Assembly: GCF_009914755.1 (NCBI RefSeq)
Contig: NC_060944.1
From: the human T2T-CHM13v2.0 reference genome, Homo sapiens
DNA: 64,000 bases
Reading direction: 5' to 3' (one strand)
Shown here: positions 41,421-55,925 of the stretch, in pieces
Layout: the number at the start of each line of letters is the position of its first letter
Position numbering within the stretch: position 1 is the stretch's first letter
The notes under the pieces: model-generated
What the model was told of the DNA's origin: nothing
The model's input: the letters and a program-made list of their open reading frames with translations, nothing else
Databases searched by the model: none
Program-made: the position numbers and the translations under genes

Positions 41421-42189
41421 TTGCTAAAGAATCCTGATTCACCCCTGCATTGCAATGCTTTGGACTTCATTGTCTGCCCCCCTGTAAAACTCCTAAGATG
41501 TCAAAGCTGAAAGGGGCTTTAGAGACCACAGTCTCATCCTGCAGTTGGTGAAACGAAGGGAAAGAACTTGTCCAAGGTCACGTGGTGCATCGTTTCCTGC
41601 TCAAAAAAGAAAAAGCTTGAACTCACTGCCCAGCAGCCCGGACGGCGCTGTGGCCTCTGCGATGGCATTGCAGTGCTTAGTGGCTATTGATCTGTTGTTT
41701 TGGATGTGTTACCCAGACAGGATTGCCACCACCACACAAGCGCATGTGCAGCCCAGGGAGAGCTCTAGGGCTGGGCCAGAGCGGGGGTGGGTAGGGCATC
41801 GTTGCTGCTGCTTCAGCCCCTGTCGGGAGAGAATGAGAAAATGGTGGTGAACAAGACCTTGCTGGCATTTGCTGACACTCACCATGGGCCACGCGCCATG
41901 TTAAATGGGCGCAGTAGCTTTACATTTGTTCTCAGCCTTGCGGCGTCCCTATGAAGTAGGTGCTACGGGAATCCCTGTTCTATCAGCAGGAAAACAGGAA
42001 CTTCCCAATGGTCACACTGCGATTGAGCCACGCACTTGGACTAACCAGGGTCAGCCTGACTCCAGAGCCTGATTCTTGTACCAAGGAGGGGGCAAAATCA
42101 GGCAGGACACATGGATGAGTGGAGGCCCATGCGAGGACTGTGGGAGAGTGTGCCTTGGCTCCCCAGCTCCGGCCCAGGGCAACCAATTC

Positions 42190-42291
42190 AAGGCAGACTT
42201 GTCAGAGCTTCCAGTTTTTCAAGAGAAGCCGGAAATCTGGACTTTTATGTGAAATGTCTCATTTTTAAATGTTGGCAAAGAAATTCAGATT

Positions 42292-42347
<56 letters not shown>

Positions 42348-42400
42348 GCAAGGGAACCCAAACCACATTTGCAAGCCAGCGGATTGCAACTTTTCGACTT
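42190..42400. mobile_element. MER102-like hAT element containing (CA)n 42294-42344
   Basis: ttttcaagagaagccggaaatctggacttttatgtgaaat...aaatgttggcaa. Confidence 0.65.
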
Positions 42401-45400
42401 TACTATACTCTTTCTGTGGCTGGAGGAAGCTGTTCTAACCCACAGGACTCTGTCCATCACCTGGCAGGAGAGGGGACCTACCTCGATGTGGTTAGGATGC
42501 CACCCTGCCTTGCTCACACTCACTCATTTCTAAGTGTGTGTCAGAGGCCAGCGAATTCCAGAAGCAGGGATTGGGCAGGGCGGGCGGTGGGGCATGCGTG
42601 CTTGCCAGGGAGGGCCAGGAGCACAGAAGAAGCCTCCTTATCCAATGTTACAGGTGAGGAAATTGAGACCAAGTGAGGCCGTATAAACAGCTGGGTCCCC
42701 GGTGACTCATGGAAAGAGCTGCTGGAACCGGGTGCAAGGTCTTCCTGAGCCATAAGTATGGTCCTCTGAGGACACATTACCCTGCTGTTGGCCTTTTTGG
42801 CTGGTAGAGGAGACACTTGGATTCTGGGATGTGGCAGATCCCAGCCTTGCCCATGATAAGGATAATAAGGAAGTCACTGATAGTCTATGAGCCCCAGTTT
42901 CTTCATCTGTAAAATGGGCATCTCCTCTGTAAAACAGAGGCATTGGCTCTGCCCCATGCCAATGTAAAACTATGGCACCCAGTCCCAGAGGGGTAGGGGT
43001 GACATTCCTCTCCTCCAGGAGCAGGGGACTGAGCCAAAGATACCTGCAGCCCACTCTGCGGTGCCTCTGGGGCTGGGACTGTTCTGGGCACGTGCTGAGT
43101 TATGATGACACATCCAGAGCTGAGTCTGTCTCTCCCACCTGCCCAATCCTCTGGGGCAGGAGTGGGGGTCGGGAAGGTGAGGGGCGGCTTCACTTCCAGG
43201 TCACCATCCCTCAGCCCTGGGCCTGACACAGAGAAGAATGAGCGGGAGGATGGATGAACAGCATCATAACAGCAGTTCTCGTCCACACCCCCCAACCCGT
43301 GTGCCAAGCTCTTAGCTCACGCCATCCTTCAGCCCAGCAGAATCTTGTGCTGGGGGTGGAGCCGCAGCCCTGCCCTCATCCATTCATCACGCGTATGCAC
43401 CCCTTCTTTTCAGGCAGTGGCTCCCAACTCTCCCCAGGGCTCAGAGTTGCCCCCGAGACCCTGACCCAGGCCCAGCCAGGGCAGCTATCCCCAAACTTCC
43501 ATGGGACACTTGGTGTCAGCTGCCTCCCCCCATCCTTGGCCTGGTGGGACCTAGGGGCTCTCAGCTACCCAGCCAGGAGATCGGCCCCCAGCAGAATGGC
43601 CCTACCTCAGCCTGTCTGTGTCTTTGAGGGTTCTCAGCGCTTCACCTGGCCTCAGAAACTACCTCTCAGCCTGAGGGTCCCTACAAGGCTTTGGACTGAT
43701 GCCCCCTGCCTCAGCATAAATGGTCAAGGTTGAGCCTTATGGCCCCCAGAAGGCAGGGCTGAGATCCATAGGGTGAAGCCATGGGAGGCAGATGGAAAAC
43801 CTTAGTGTGAGGCACAACTTACCATCAAAGCTGCCTACAATGGAATGGGCTTTTTTTAAGAGGTGAGTTTTCTGTTCCCAGAGATTTGGAAGTAAAACCT
43901 GCAGCCAATGGGGCTAACACACATCCATTAGGACAGCGGCCTCATTAAATGACTGTGAGGTTCCCTTCCAGTTCTTAGACCACGAATCTCCTTTCTAGGG
44001 TTTTTCTTCCCAGTCCACCCCCTAAGACAGACACAGGCCTTCGCAGGCCTGATTCAGGGTGGAGGAAGGGGAGTCCCAGGCTGAAGGCGAGTTGTTTGCA
44101 ACCCACAGCTGGGCTCAGGAGCAGGGATGCTGCAACCCAGCTGCCTTTCTGCAGGGCCTTCACCTGTCCTCCAAGGACCAAGGCCAAGGCTGATATGAGC
44201 CCCCCATCTGGCCCAAGAGGTTCCCACAATGGTCCTGGGTGGTGGGTCCTGCCACTGGGTAGGTGTGGGAGCTGGGGGTTGCAGGTTCAACTTGGCAAAA
44301 TGTCAGGACACCCACGGGGGCAGGCAGCTTTTCAGGGGCCCAAGGCCATGGAGCTCCAAAGGAGGGCAGCAGGGAGCACGCAGATAACTGTCCCCACCCA
44401 GCTCCCCTCCCACAGGCTCCACGGATCGCACTCTGTCTCTCTCGCATGCTCCAGGAGAGACACGGCAGCACACACACAGGCAGACACAACCAGCACCCAC
44501 ATCTGAGCGCTCACACACAGATGCGTGTGCGTCGTGCAGAGACGCCCACACGGAGACACAGATACACACCCTCCCGGAGCCACACAGATGACACCCACGT
44601 GCACGCGGGCACAAACACAGGCCCTACCTACTTGCAAACCAACTCCACCTCCAGCATGGCCACCCTGGCTGGGGAAGGAAGGCCGGCCGGGTGGGTGCCC
44701 TGGATCAGCCTCCTTGCCGTGGGAGTCCTGATCATCTGGAAGCTATGGCCTGCCCCGCCCATTGGAGGTCTGCAGGGCCAGGGGCTGCCCAGAGGCAACA
44801 GAGTAGTTCCACAGGGCCCTGGGGTCAGCTGATCTGGCTCTGGTCTCAGCTTTCCCACCTTCTGGCTCTGTGACCTGGGCAAGTCACTGGACCTCGCTGA
44901 GCTTCAGCGTCCTCATCTGGAAAACAGGCATAACATAGTGCCAACCCCCTGAGTCCTATGATCTCTGTAGCCCCCAGGCCTGGAATATCCTAGACGTTCA
45001 GTAAACAGAGACTGTTTCTGTCACCCCAGGGCGGGGGCTCCATTGGCAAATGGCCACTCACCCATTGCAGCCTGGCATTTGGTGAGTGCACCATATTCGT
45101 GAGCTATTATTTTCATGTCTACTTCAAGGGGCTACCTGGGGTCTGAACTTTACTTGTGGGGACCCAGGATGTAAGCCTCCATGTCCAGACTGGCAAAGAG
45201 AACCCCATTCCCCTGGCAAAGGTAGGGCTCAGCTAGGTAGTCTTAAACAATAAGCAGCCACTCAGCTAGAACTTAGACTGGAATATTCGCAATTTAATAC
45301 CATGGCATTCCAGACCACAGCTGCAAAAAACAGAGGCTCTTGCCAGTGTGTTTTAGACTCTCAAAGATCTTGAAGCACAAATCTCGAATGTCAGAGCTGT

Positions 45401-45917
45401 ACAGAGGCCTTGGAGACATCTAGTCCAGCTGTCTTGCTCCTAAAACGGAATCCCAGAAGCATGGAGCCTCAAAGAACTTTGAGTCCATTCCAGACCAGTT
45501 GGACAGAAATTGGGAACTGAGGCCCAGAGAGGGTGAGCCACTGAGCATGGTTGCACAGTGAGTTAGTGGAAGTGTTGAGACCAGACCCCTGGTCCCGGCT
45601 TCATAGCAAGTTTAGATTCAGCCCCTCTATGGAGGCCTGGAGGAAGGAAGGCAGAAGAAGAAACATTTGGGCCAAAGTGAGGATTTTCTGGAGAACTGTT
45701 TTCGAAAAATCAAACCAAAAAGAAAAATGGGAAAAAGGTGCTGGCTTCCCCTTATTTTCTGCCTGTCTTCCTCTGGGCACTCTCTCTCTCTGCAGCTCTC
45801 AGCCGGTTCCAGCTCTGCTCACAAGCTGCTTCCAGCCGCCCACGGGCTTCCTAAAATGGTCTCTGCAAGCTAATTCCAGAGGATGAATGGCAGAGAGCAG
45901 GCCTGCAGGGAGCTGGT

Positions 45918-45941
45918 GGGGGGGGGGGGGCGGGGGGGGGG
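45918..45941 (+). repeat. G13-C-G10 homopolymer tract
   Basis: Direct reading. Confidence 0.95.
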
Positions 45942-46847
45942 CTTCCTTAGCCAGTGCAGGTGCAGACAGACGCCACATTGGTGTTGGACCAGCTGCCCCC
46001 AACCCCAACCCCCTCCTTAGGTGCTTCCATGGCCCCCAGCTGCCAGGACCAGGGGGCCCAGCTTTCACCTCTCACTGCCTGACCTCTTGGAATAGGTTAT
46101 TTTTCCTTCTTAAAGAATTAATTTTTAAAATTATGTAATAATACATATGTATCATCAAATAATCAGGAAAGTATAAAGAAGAAAATTAAGATCACCTGTA
46201 ATCAGCTCCTCTAAATGAAACAACTATTAACAATTAAGCATATATCCTTTCAGTCTTAGGACTCAGCACATATTACAGACAGAGGGGCTGATTCAGTACA
46301 TAATGTTCTAAGTCCTGTTCTTTTCTTCCAATCATATATTCACAAGCATCTTTCTAGTCAACATTTGCACTTCCACAGCATGATTTTTAGTGGCTGCATG
46401 GCACCTTGCATATGACTACACCACGCTTTGCTCAACCAATCCCCAATGCCCAGCGTTTTAGCTTGTGTCCATTTCTCCCCTGTGAGAAACAGTACATGGT
46501 TTATTCTTGTAGTTACCTCTTTGTAATCAACCTAGTTATTTCCTTAGGACACCTTCCTGGAATTGGAATTACTGGCCAAAGGGTTTATACTTTTTTAAAA
46601 AGATAAAATGCAAAATTATAATACTATCCTCCCTTCCTATAATGAATGTGTAATAATTAGGTAATAAATAAAAATTAGAAAATATAGATAAAGAAAAATA
46701 AGAGAAAAAAATCATAACTTTCCCCAAATCTTACTACCAAGATATGGTTAAGAATTTTGCTGGAAAGCATCTAGACTTTTTTGTATGTGTGTGCACGCAT
46801 ATAATGGGATTATACTATACAGGCTGTTTTGTAAAACTGATCATTTG

Positions 46848-47157
46848 TTTCTTTCTTTTTTTTTTTTTTTTTTTTTGAGACAGAGTCTCGCTCTGTCGCT
46901 CAGGCCAGAGTGCAGTGGCGCAATCTCGGCTCACTGCAACCTCCGCCTCATGGGTTCATGCCATTCTCCTGCCTCAGCCTCCTGAGTAGCTGGGACTACA
47001 GGGACCCGCCATCAGGCTCCGCTAATTTTTTGTATTTTTAGTAGAGACGGGGTTTCACCGTGCTAGCCAGGATGGTCTCGATCTCCTGATCTTGTTTTCC
47101 ACCCACTTCGGCCTCCCAAAGTGCTGGGATTACAGGCGTGAGTCACCGCACCTGGCC
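46848..47157 (-). mobile_element. AluY-like
   Basis: Antisense dimer. TSD aaaactgatcatttgtt. Confidence 0.92.
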
Positions 47158-47208
47158 AAAACTGATCATTTGTTCATGTCAATACATAAATTTACATTCA
47201 CAGTGTCA

Positions 47209-47634
<426 letters not shown>

Positions 47635-48707
47635 TAGCTCTGTAATGAACATGCTTGGAAAAGCAGCTTTGCTTCTTGTCCATATGCGTTCGTAGGCTCT
47701 GTGGTAGTAGAATTGCTGGGTCAAGGGTTTTTGTTGTTGTTTGTTGGTTGGTTTTTGTTTTTTGTTTGTTTTTGCTGTTGATATCACATCGTTTCTGACT
47801 GGAAGTCTAAACAGCAAACCAGCACGCAGGCTCCACCGAGTTCCACAGACGTCTACGGGAAGGGCCCAGAATCTGTAGAACCAGGCAGGAGCTTGTGCTG
47901 CATTTCCTGCTTTCCAGGCTGATTGCTTAGAGAAAGGCCTTGGCCTTGAATGGGGCCTTTGCCCAGGAAGCCTCCTCTGTGCCCAGGAAGCCGGGATCAA
48001 AATTAGCCCCCCCGGAAGCCAGGAGCACACAAGCTGGTTCCTGCTGGCTCTCTCCAGCCTACTTCCTGCATACCCGATACCTCACGTGCCCTCTTCCTGT
48101 CTCCAGATCCCACTCACCTGAGACCATGCACAGAGGGAGAATGAATGTGACGTGTTACAAAGTCCTCATTGTTCTGAGGAGGGGAGAGATGCAGCCAGGG
48201 CAGGCAGCCTCGAGACTGGGCAGGTGTGAGCCCGGGCGGTGGGTCTCAGAGGTGCATGGAGGGTCAGCCTGGAGAGGACAGAATGCGGGGCCAACCCACA
48301 GGACAAGGCCCAGAGCAGGAAGGGCCTGGAGCCTGCAGAAGGCAACAAGGAGAACAAGCCCGCAGAAGGACAGGGAGGGCCTGCCCAGAGCTTCCGAGGG
48401 TGCTGACGGCCAGGCCGGCCTGGACACCGTCTTGTCTCTCTCCATCCTTCACTGCGCTGCTCTGCTCTCTGCGATCTCACTCCATTCAGAGTTGGGAAAG
48501 GAAAGATCCATCTGAGGAAAAGGTGAGCTGAGAACTAACCAGAAAGAGAGGGAGGGAACGGGCGAGGGAGGGAGAGAGAAAGGAAGAAACAGAGAAGGGA
48601 GGAGAGGCCACCACCCAAAAGAGGAAGCCATGCCATCCAGGTCTCCTGATTGACCAGCACAGGTTTAAGTGAAGACCTTCCCTGTGGTCAGCTCAGCAGT
48701 GGCTGCA

Positions 48708-49005
48708 AGCCAGGCTAGGTGGCTCAGGTCTGTAATCCCAGCACTTTGGGAGGCCAAGGCAGGCGGATTGCCTGAGGCCAGGAGTTTGAGACCAGCTTAG
48801 GCAACACAGTGAGACCCTGTCTCTACAAAAAAATTTTAAAAAATTAGCTGGGTGTGGTGGTGCGTGCCTGTAGTTCCAGCTACTCGGGAGACTGAAGTGG
48901 GAGGATCGCTTGAGCCTGGAGTTAAAGGTTGCAATGAGCCGTGATCGCGCCACTGCACTCCAGCCTGGGTGACAGAGACCAAGTCTCAAAAATTAAAATA
49001 ACAAT
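48708..49005 (+). mobile_element. AluJ
   Basis: Dimer. Confidence 0.88.
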
Positions 49006-49759
49006 AATAGTAAGAGGCTGCAACAGACCTTCAAGCTGGGAGAGCAGGTTTTCAGGCAGCTCAGGACCACAATCCCGGTTCTAAAAAGTGCGTGCAGGCA
49101 CGTCTGACAACAAGACAGCCATGCAGGTCTGGGCGCCAGCTAAGAGAGGAGGGTCCCACATTAGGTTCAGCCATTTCAGCTTCTTTCCACTCTTGCCTGG
49201 CATTGAATTCCCGTATTTATTAATCCCCTCTAGAGCACAAGTGAGCCCATCCTTGTGAGATGAGGGAAAGCATCAGGGCTGTCCTGTGCAAACCCAGTGC
49301 AGCACAGTGCCCAGGCCATGTGCTTCGACACTATGGGCAGCTGCCGAGGAGACATCTCTTTGAGCAAAGTCTCTCTGTTCATCACCCTCCCCCTCCCCAG
49401 TTCCCTTTTTGTCACTTGATTCAGGTGGGATTCACCTCTCCGTGGCCTCTCCTCTCTTTCCTTCCCCACCTCTGCACTCTGGGCCTGCTGGGAACGGAGG
49501 AGAGATGGGTGGGCCATGGTGTGCTTCGTTCACAAACACCCACCCAGCACCCAGATGTGACTGGGGGAGGCTGGGTGGGCAATGACCTGTGAGCCTGTAG
49601 GCCACCCCCTTTCACCCAGGGGACAGCTTCTGGGAGCCTGAGGTCGGGGGTCTTGGAGAAAGAATAGAAGCACACCCTTGGCTCCTTCAGGTGGGGGTTG
49701 GGTGGAGTGGAGAGCAGGGCTCTTGCCTGAACAGTAATATCATAAAACTGTGAAGAGCT

Positions 49760-50144
<385 letters not shown>

Positions 50145-50523
50145 TTATGGTCATAGGAGGTGGGTGCCGTCATCATCCCCATTTTATAGATGGAGGAAAC
50201 AAGGTGCAGAGGTTGAGTAACTGGCCCAAGATCTCACAACCAGCAGGTGGCAGAGCTGGATTTGGAGCCTGTGATTGTCCCACCCAGCTAAAGTCTAATC
50301 AGGCTTTCTGTCCTCCAAGCTCTGAGAAGCCATCCTCGGCTTCCCAGAACCTTTCTTTCCTTGGTCTGAGCTCCCGACCCACCCCCTGTCTGGACTGGAG
50401 AGAGGAAGTCTGGAAGCCACCCAGTCTCCATCCAGTAAGAACACGCTCCTGCCCACTGTGGCCCCAGTGCCTACACAAGTGCCTGCAATATAGTAGCTGC
50501 TCAATAAAGATTTGCTGAACAAG

Positions 50524-50641
50524 GGCCAGGCTTGGTGGCATATGCCTGTAATCCCAGCTACACAGGAGGCTGAGGCAGGAGGATCACTTGAGCCCAGAAG
50601 TTTGAGACCACACATTGAGACCCCATCTCAAAAATAAAAAA
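50524..50641 (+). mobile_element. FLAM-like Alu monomer
   Basis: Monomer. TSD tttgctgaacaag. Confidence 0.78.
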
Positions 50642-53530
50642 GTTTGCTGAACAAGCTCTGCCCTGTGTAGCTGGTGCTGGGACTCACAGCGGGCCTGCAG
50701 CAGTCAAGAGAGAGGTCTGGAGCCAGGCTGCCCTGTCCGGTCCCAGCTGTGTGTTGCTGGGCGAGTCGCCGCATACCTCTGGGCTGCACTTCTCTGCCTG
50801 TAGAAAGAGAGATTCCCCAGTGCCTGCCTCCCTTTGTGGGGCCCTGAACAAACGCTCCATGGAGACGTAGCTGCTGTTATTATTGCTGCCATTACCCAGG
50901 GACACCATCTGTATTCGACCCTGGGGCTGGCAGAACGTGGTTCTCTCCCCCACTGCCCCTCTCCTGATGCTACTGGAAGCCTGCGGGGGTGTGGGGAGCC
51001 TGGCCTGGCCCAGGTCCTCTCCTCACCCGTGTCAGGAAAGAGACCCTGTCTGCACCTGTCCCCAGCCCCAGCCCCAGCCCAGCTGCTATTCTTAGTCCCT
51101 CCCCATTTCCCTCATCTCTAGGCATTTTCCCTCCTAAACTTGCTCTGCGTTTCCATAGGAACCAGGGGAGGGTGGAGATGGGGAGAGGGTCCTCCCCCAC
51201 GGAAGGGAACTTCATTTGGGGCTGTTTGGGAGCGGCTGGCAGTGCCTGGTGGAACTTCCCCCACTGTGCCTCTCCCCTCCTCCCCAGACCCCTCCTTGAA
51301 CAGCCTGTTCCTCCGACCGTTATTTTTAATGCATTTATCCTGCCGCTTAATTTATCCCGCATTGTGATCAGATTTAGCTGAGAGCGCTCCGCAGCCCGGC
51401 CTGCCTGCATATTCATGAGTCGGTTCATTCATGCCGCCCCCAGAATGCCGGGCAATAGTGGGCAGTGCGCTGCCTGGTCCCCGGGTCCCACCTGCTGCAA
51501 GGGCAACCGGGGGTCAGAGGTCAAGGGCCCAGGCTGCAGCCAGAGAGCGGTTGTAGGGTACAGCACCTGTGGGTAGGGGGTGGGGGGTGTCCCTAGGTGG
51601 AGGCTCTGGAGCCAAACTGTGCTAACATCTTTCTCTGCCATTGCTGATAAAATCACTTCACTTCTCAGTTTACTCATCTGCAAAAGGGGAAAATAATGTC
51701 CCCTGCCCTGGGTCACTGGAAGATTAAGAGAATACACATAAATGATCACAGTGGGTATTCAGTGTAGCTCCCTGTTGTCATTGTCGTTCCTGCTGAGCAG
51801 TGGTTCATCGTGGCTCTGGTTCCTGGAGAAACGGGGTGGTGGGCTGGGGCATGAGTCTCCTCTGGTGATGAGGCTGTGGGCTATTTCTGTCCAGCCTTTG
51901 CTGACTGTGATACGAGCTCCTCCCCTCAAGTGAGGGTCAGGAGGGCAGTTCCCAAAAGGCAGGAGGGACCAGAGGATGCAGTCTGGTCTCTCAGGAAGGG
52001 CCCCTGGGATCGTCCAGGGTGTGCAGCCCCCACCAGGGGCCAGCAGGGAGGCTGGGGCTCTGGAAGGAGGCAGGGCTCTAGACTCCAGGTTCTTCTGGCC
52101 CTTGGGAACTTCTAGGTTGATCACTCCCTTCAATTATTCATTCTGTTATTTTACTGTTGCCAAGCCCATGCTGGGCTCTGGGGACATCGCCCTGTCCTCA
52201 GGGGGACTACATCCCATCAGAGAGGTGAGTCCAGGCTACGGAGTGGTCAGGGCCTTCAGATGAGGCCAGATCAATTGCCTGGGGGTTCAGAAGGGGAGGA
52301 AATCATCGCAGCTGGGCATCAGGGAAGGTTTCCTGTAGGAGGCAGCATTTAGGCCGAACCTTGAAAATGTGGCTGTAACAAGATTGGATGGAGTAAGATG
52401 GATATTTGGGGTCTAAGGGACAGCAAAGGCAAAGGCTGGTGATGGGAACGCAGGTTGGGAGAGGTCAGCCAGGTGGAGGCTGGGAGATTCCTGAGCCCCA
52501 GGTGAGGGGGTCCCAACTTACATCAGCCATCCCCCAAGGTGGGAGCCAGAAGGGCCTTACCTCTGTCCCTCACATGTGTGTGTGCACACAGGGGTCACAT
52601 TCCAGCTTGCTGGGGAAAAGAGAAGAGCTCCTGCCTGGGTCTCCTGATTAATCTATAATTAAATCAGCACGGACGCCACGGAACCATGTTGTCATTAGAG
52701 AGCTGGTGAGGGCAGACCGGGATTTCCCTGGGAACCGGGAGGCCTGCCGGGTGGCTGCAGCCCATGCCATGAACAGATGGCCTTCAGGGGTGAGGAGCAG
52801 GAACGAAAGGCCAGAGCCTCAGCCAGGAGTGAGAAAAACAGCAGCTTACTCTTGGCCATTTACAGTGTTTCTGTCACTGTCTTGGTTAATCCTCATGACA
52901 TGCCATGGGCGGGACCAGGCGGGGTATTATTATTTACTCGCATTTTACAGATGGAGAAACTGAGGTGTAGCGAGCCAAGGGATGAGCCAGCCTGGATCCT
53001 TGGGTTTTGGAATCAGAGAATCGTGGGTACGAAATTCTCTTGCCAGCTGTGTGCTCTCAGGCAGATTGCTTACCTTCTCTGTGCCTCAGTTTCTCCATTT
53101 GTATATTGGGGACAAGACCCTATCACTTCAAAGCATTGCTTAAGGATTGAATAAGGCAGTTCACATAAAGAACTTAGCACAGTGCTTGGTGCTTGGCAAA
53201 TACTCATCAAATGCTGCTACTTACACTTCACTGTAACTGCTTCTCTCTTGTCCATCTTTCTTACCAGAATATGGGCTCCATGAGGATAGGGACTGTCTGT
53301 CTTGTTAATTTCATAGTGTTCAATAAATTACTAGTATGTGAGACAGCCTTTCGTAAGCTGCAAAATGCTAAAACATTAGATACTATTTTCTCTATGTTCT
53401 GCCTTGCTTTCTCTATGTTCTGCCTTGCTCTAAAAAGGATTCAAGGAGACAAGTATTAATATTATTATCTTTGTTATTATCACTGTTATGTACCAACTCT
53501 GTTACTCAGAGGTGGTTCTTCCTTAAATTA

Positions 53531-53833
<303 letters not shown>

Positions 53834-54419
53834 CTAGAAATAGTCAAGGAGCCTCAATTCATAGGTGGCCGCTAAGAGGTGAGGCAGAGACCTGGCTTCT
53901 GGAGGGAACATCTAGAGACAGCTGCAGAAACCTCTGGGCCAACCAAGGAGCTACAGCCTGGGAGGCCCTGGAAGAACTCCTTGCTCTTGTAATTTGGGAG
54001 GCTCTGGATTTTCAGCAAGACCAGAGGGGCTGGAACCTGCAGCCCACTGGCTGCAGATTAGATCTAAGGAATCTGTCTTTGAAGAGCGAGAGGGCATTTG
54101 GGGATCATCATTATCTCCGTGGCACAGTGGTTTCCACCCCCTCCACTGGGAACTGAGGTTTCTTACACAAATAACTGTTAAAGTCCCAGATTCTCCAAAT
54201 GAGTTACTTTAAATACGATCAATTAGAGCAGATTCAAAGTTATCCCTGAGACAGTGTGGCCCCATGCACCTACATTCTTGAGTGGACAGTGAAGGACCAG
54301 AGCTGTCTGTTGTTCACAGAGCCTCTCTTGCCTCGAGCCCCTGAGGAACGATGACTGTTGGCTGTCCCTCACCTGTGGACATCACATTGTAGCACAGGCT
54401 GCTGTGTCCTGCCCACATT

Positions 54420-54708
54420 CCCAGAGGTGCCTGCCAGGGCTCCCTATGACTCTCAGCCCGAGACTCTGCACAGAGCCCACTTCTCTAGAAGTACCAAGAC
54501 TCGATTCCCCCGGAGCTGCCCTCGAGCAAGGGGCCTGGGGGACGGCCAAGAAGGATTTCCTTGCACCTCAATGAGACAGTCACCCACAGCGGCAGCTCCT
54601 GTCTCCACTTCCCTCCCTTTCCTGGCTCGTTCCCCTTGTTCCAAGTAAACTACTTGCACCCAACTCCTCATCCCAGGATCTGCACTTGGGGGAACCCAAC
54701 CTAAGACA
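54420..54708 (+). mobile_element. ERVL LTR (LTR16-like) 3' part
   Basis: taaactacttgcacccaactcctcatcccaggatctgcacttgggggaacccaacctaagaca terminus. Confidence 0.65.
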
Positions 54709-55279
54709 CACTCCAAAATTATAGGTGCTTTATTGTCCTGCAGGAATTTTTGAGAGGTGTCCAAACCTGTGGATACTCCTGGGAGGGCATCCATCATATG
54801 AGCTCTGAGGGCACCTGGGGCTTGGTCGGGTCAGGGTCGGGGGAGCAGTGGTCAGCAGATGGTTCTGGTCAATAGAGGCTGACGATAAATCGAAAGCCTC
54901 CCCTCAATGCTTCGCAGGAGCAGGTGCAGATCCTGAACTGAGGACTCTGTGCTGAAGCAGGGAGGCACCTGATTTGTTTGGTAGTCACCAATTAAGCACC
55001 TACTGTATGCTGAGGATAAAACAGGTGAATGAGATAGCAACCATCCTTGTCCCTGGGGAGGTCTGAGTCTACTGGGGAAGAGAGTCATATCAACACATGG
55101 ATCAAGGTTAGAGATGAGTGAAGAACTTCAGAGGACTCTGGTAAATTCATCCATTCATTTAAGGCATTTATTGAGCACTTATGGCATATAAGGCACCGTG
55201 TTAGGCCTTGTGGATGAAAGAGATAGGCTATCATCACACTACTCAGAAAGGAGACAAGGTAACATCTGACATTTATTAA

Positions 55280-55925
<646 letters not shown>

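Noticed and set aside
41629-41649. REST/RE1-like cccagcagcccggacggcgct
   Set aside because: Mismatches fall at key positions in both half-sites. Unsupported without ChIP data.
46242-46250. ATATCCTTT U12-type donor-like motif
   Set aside because: Inside a decayed L1 with no upstream exon or matching U12 branch site.
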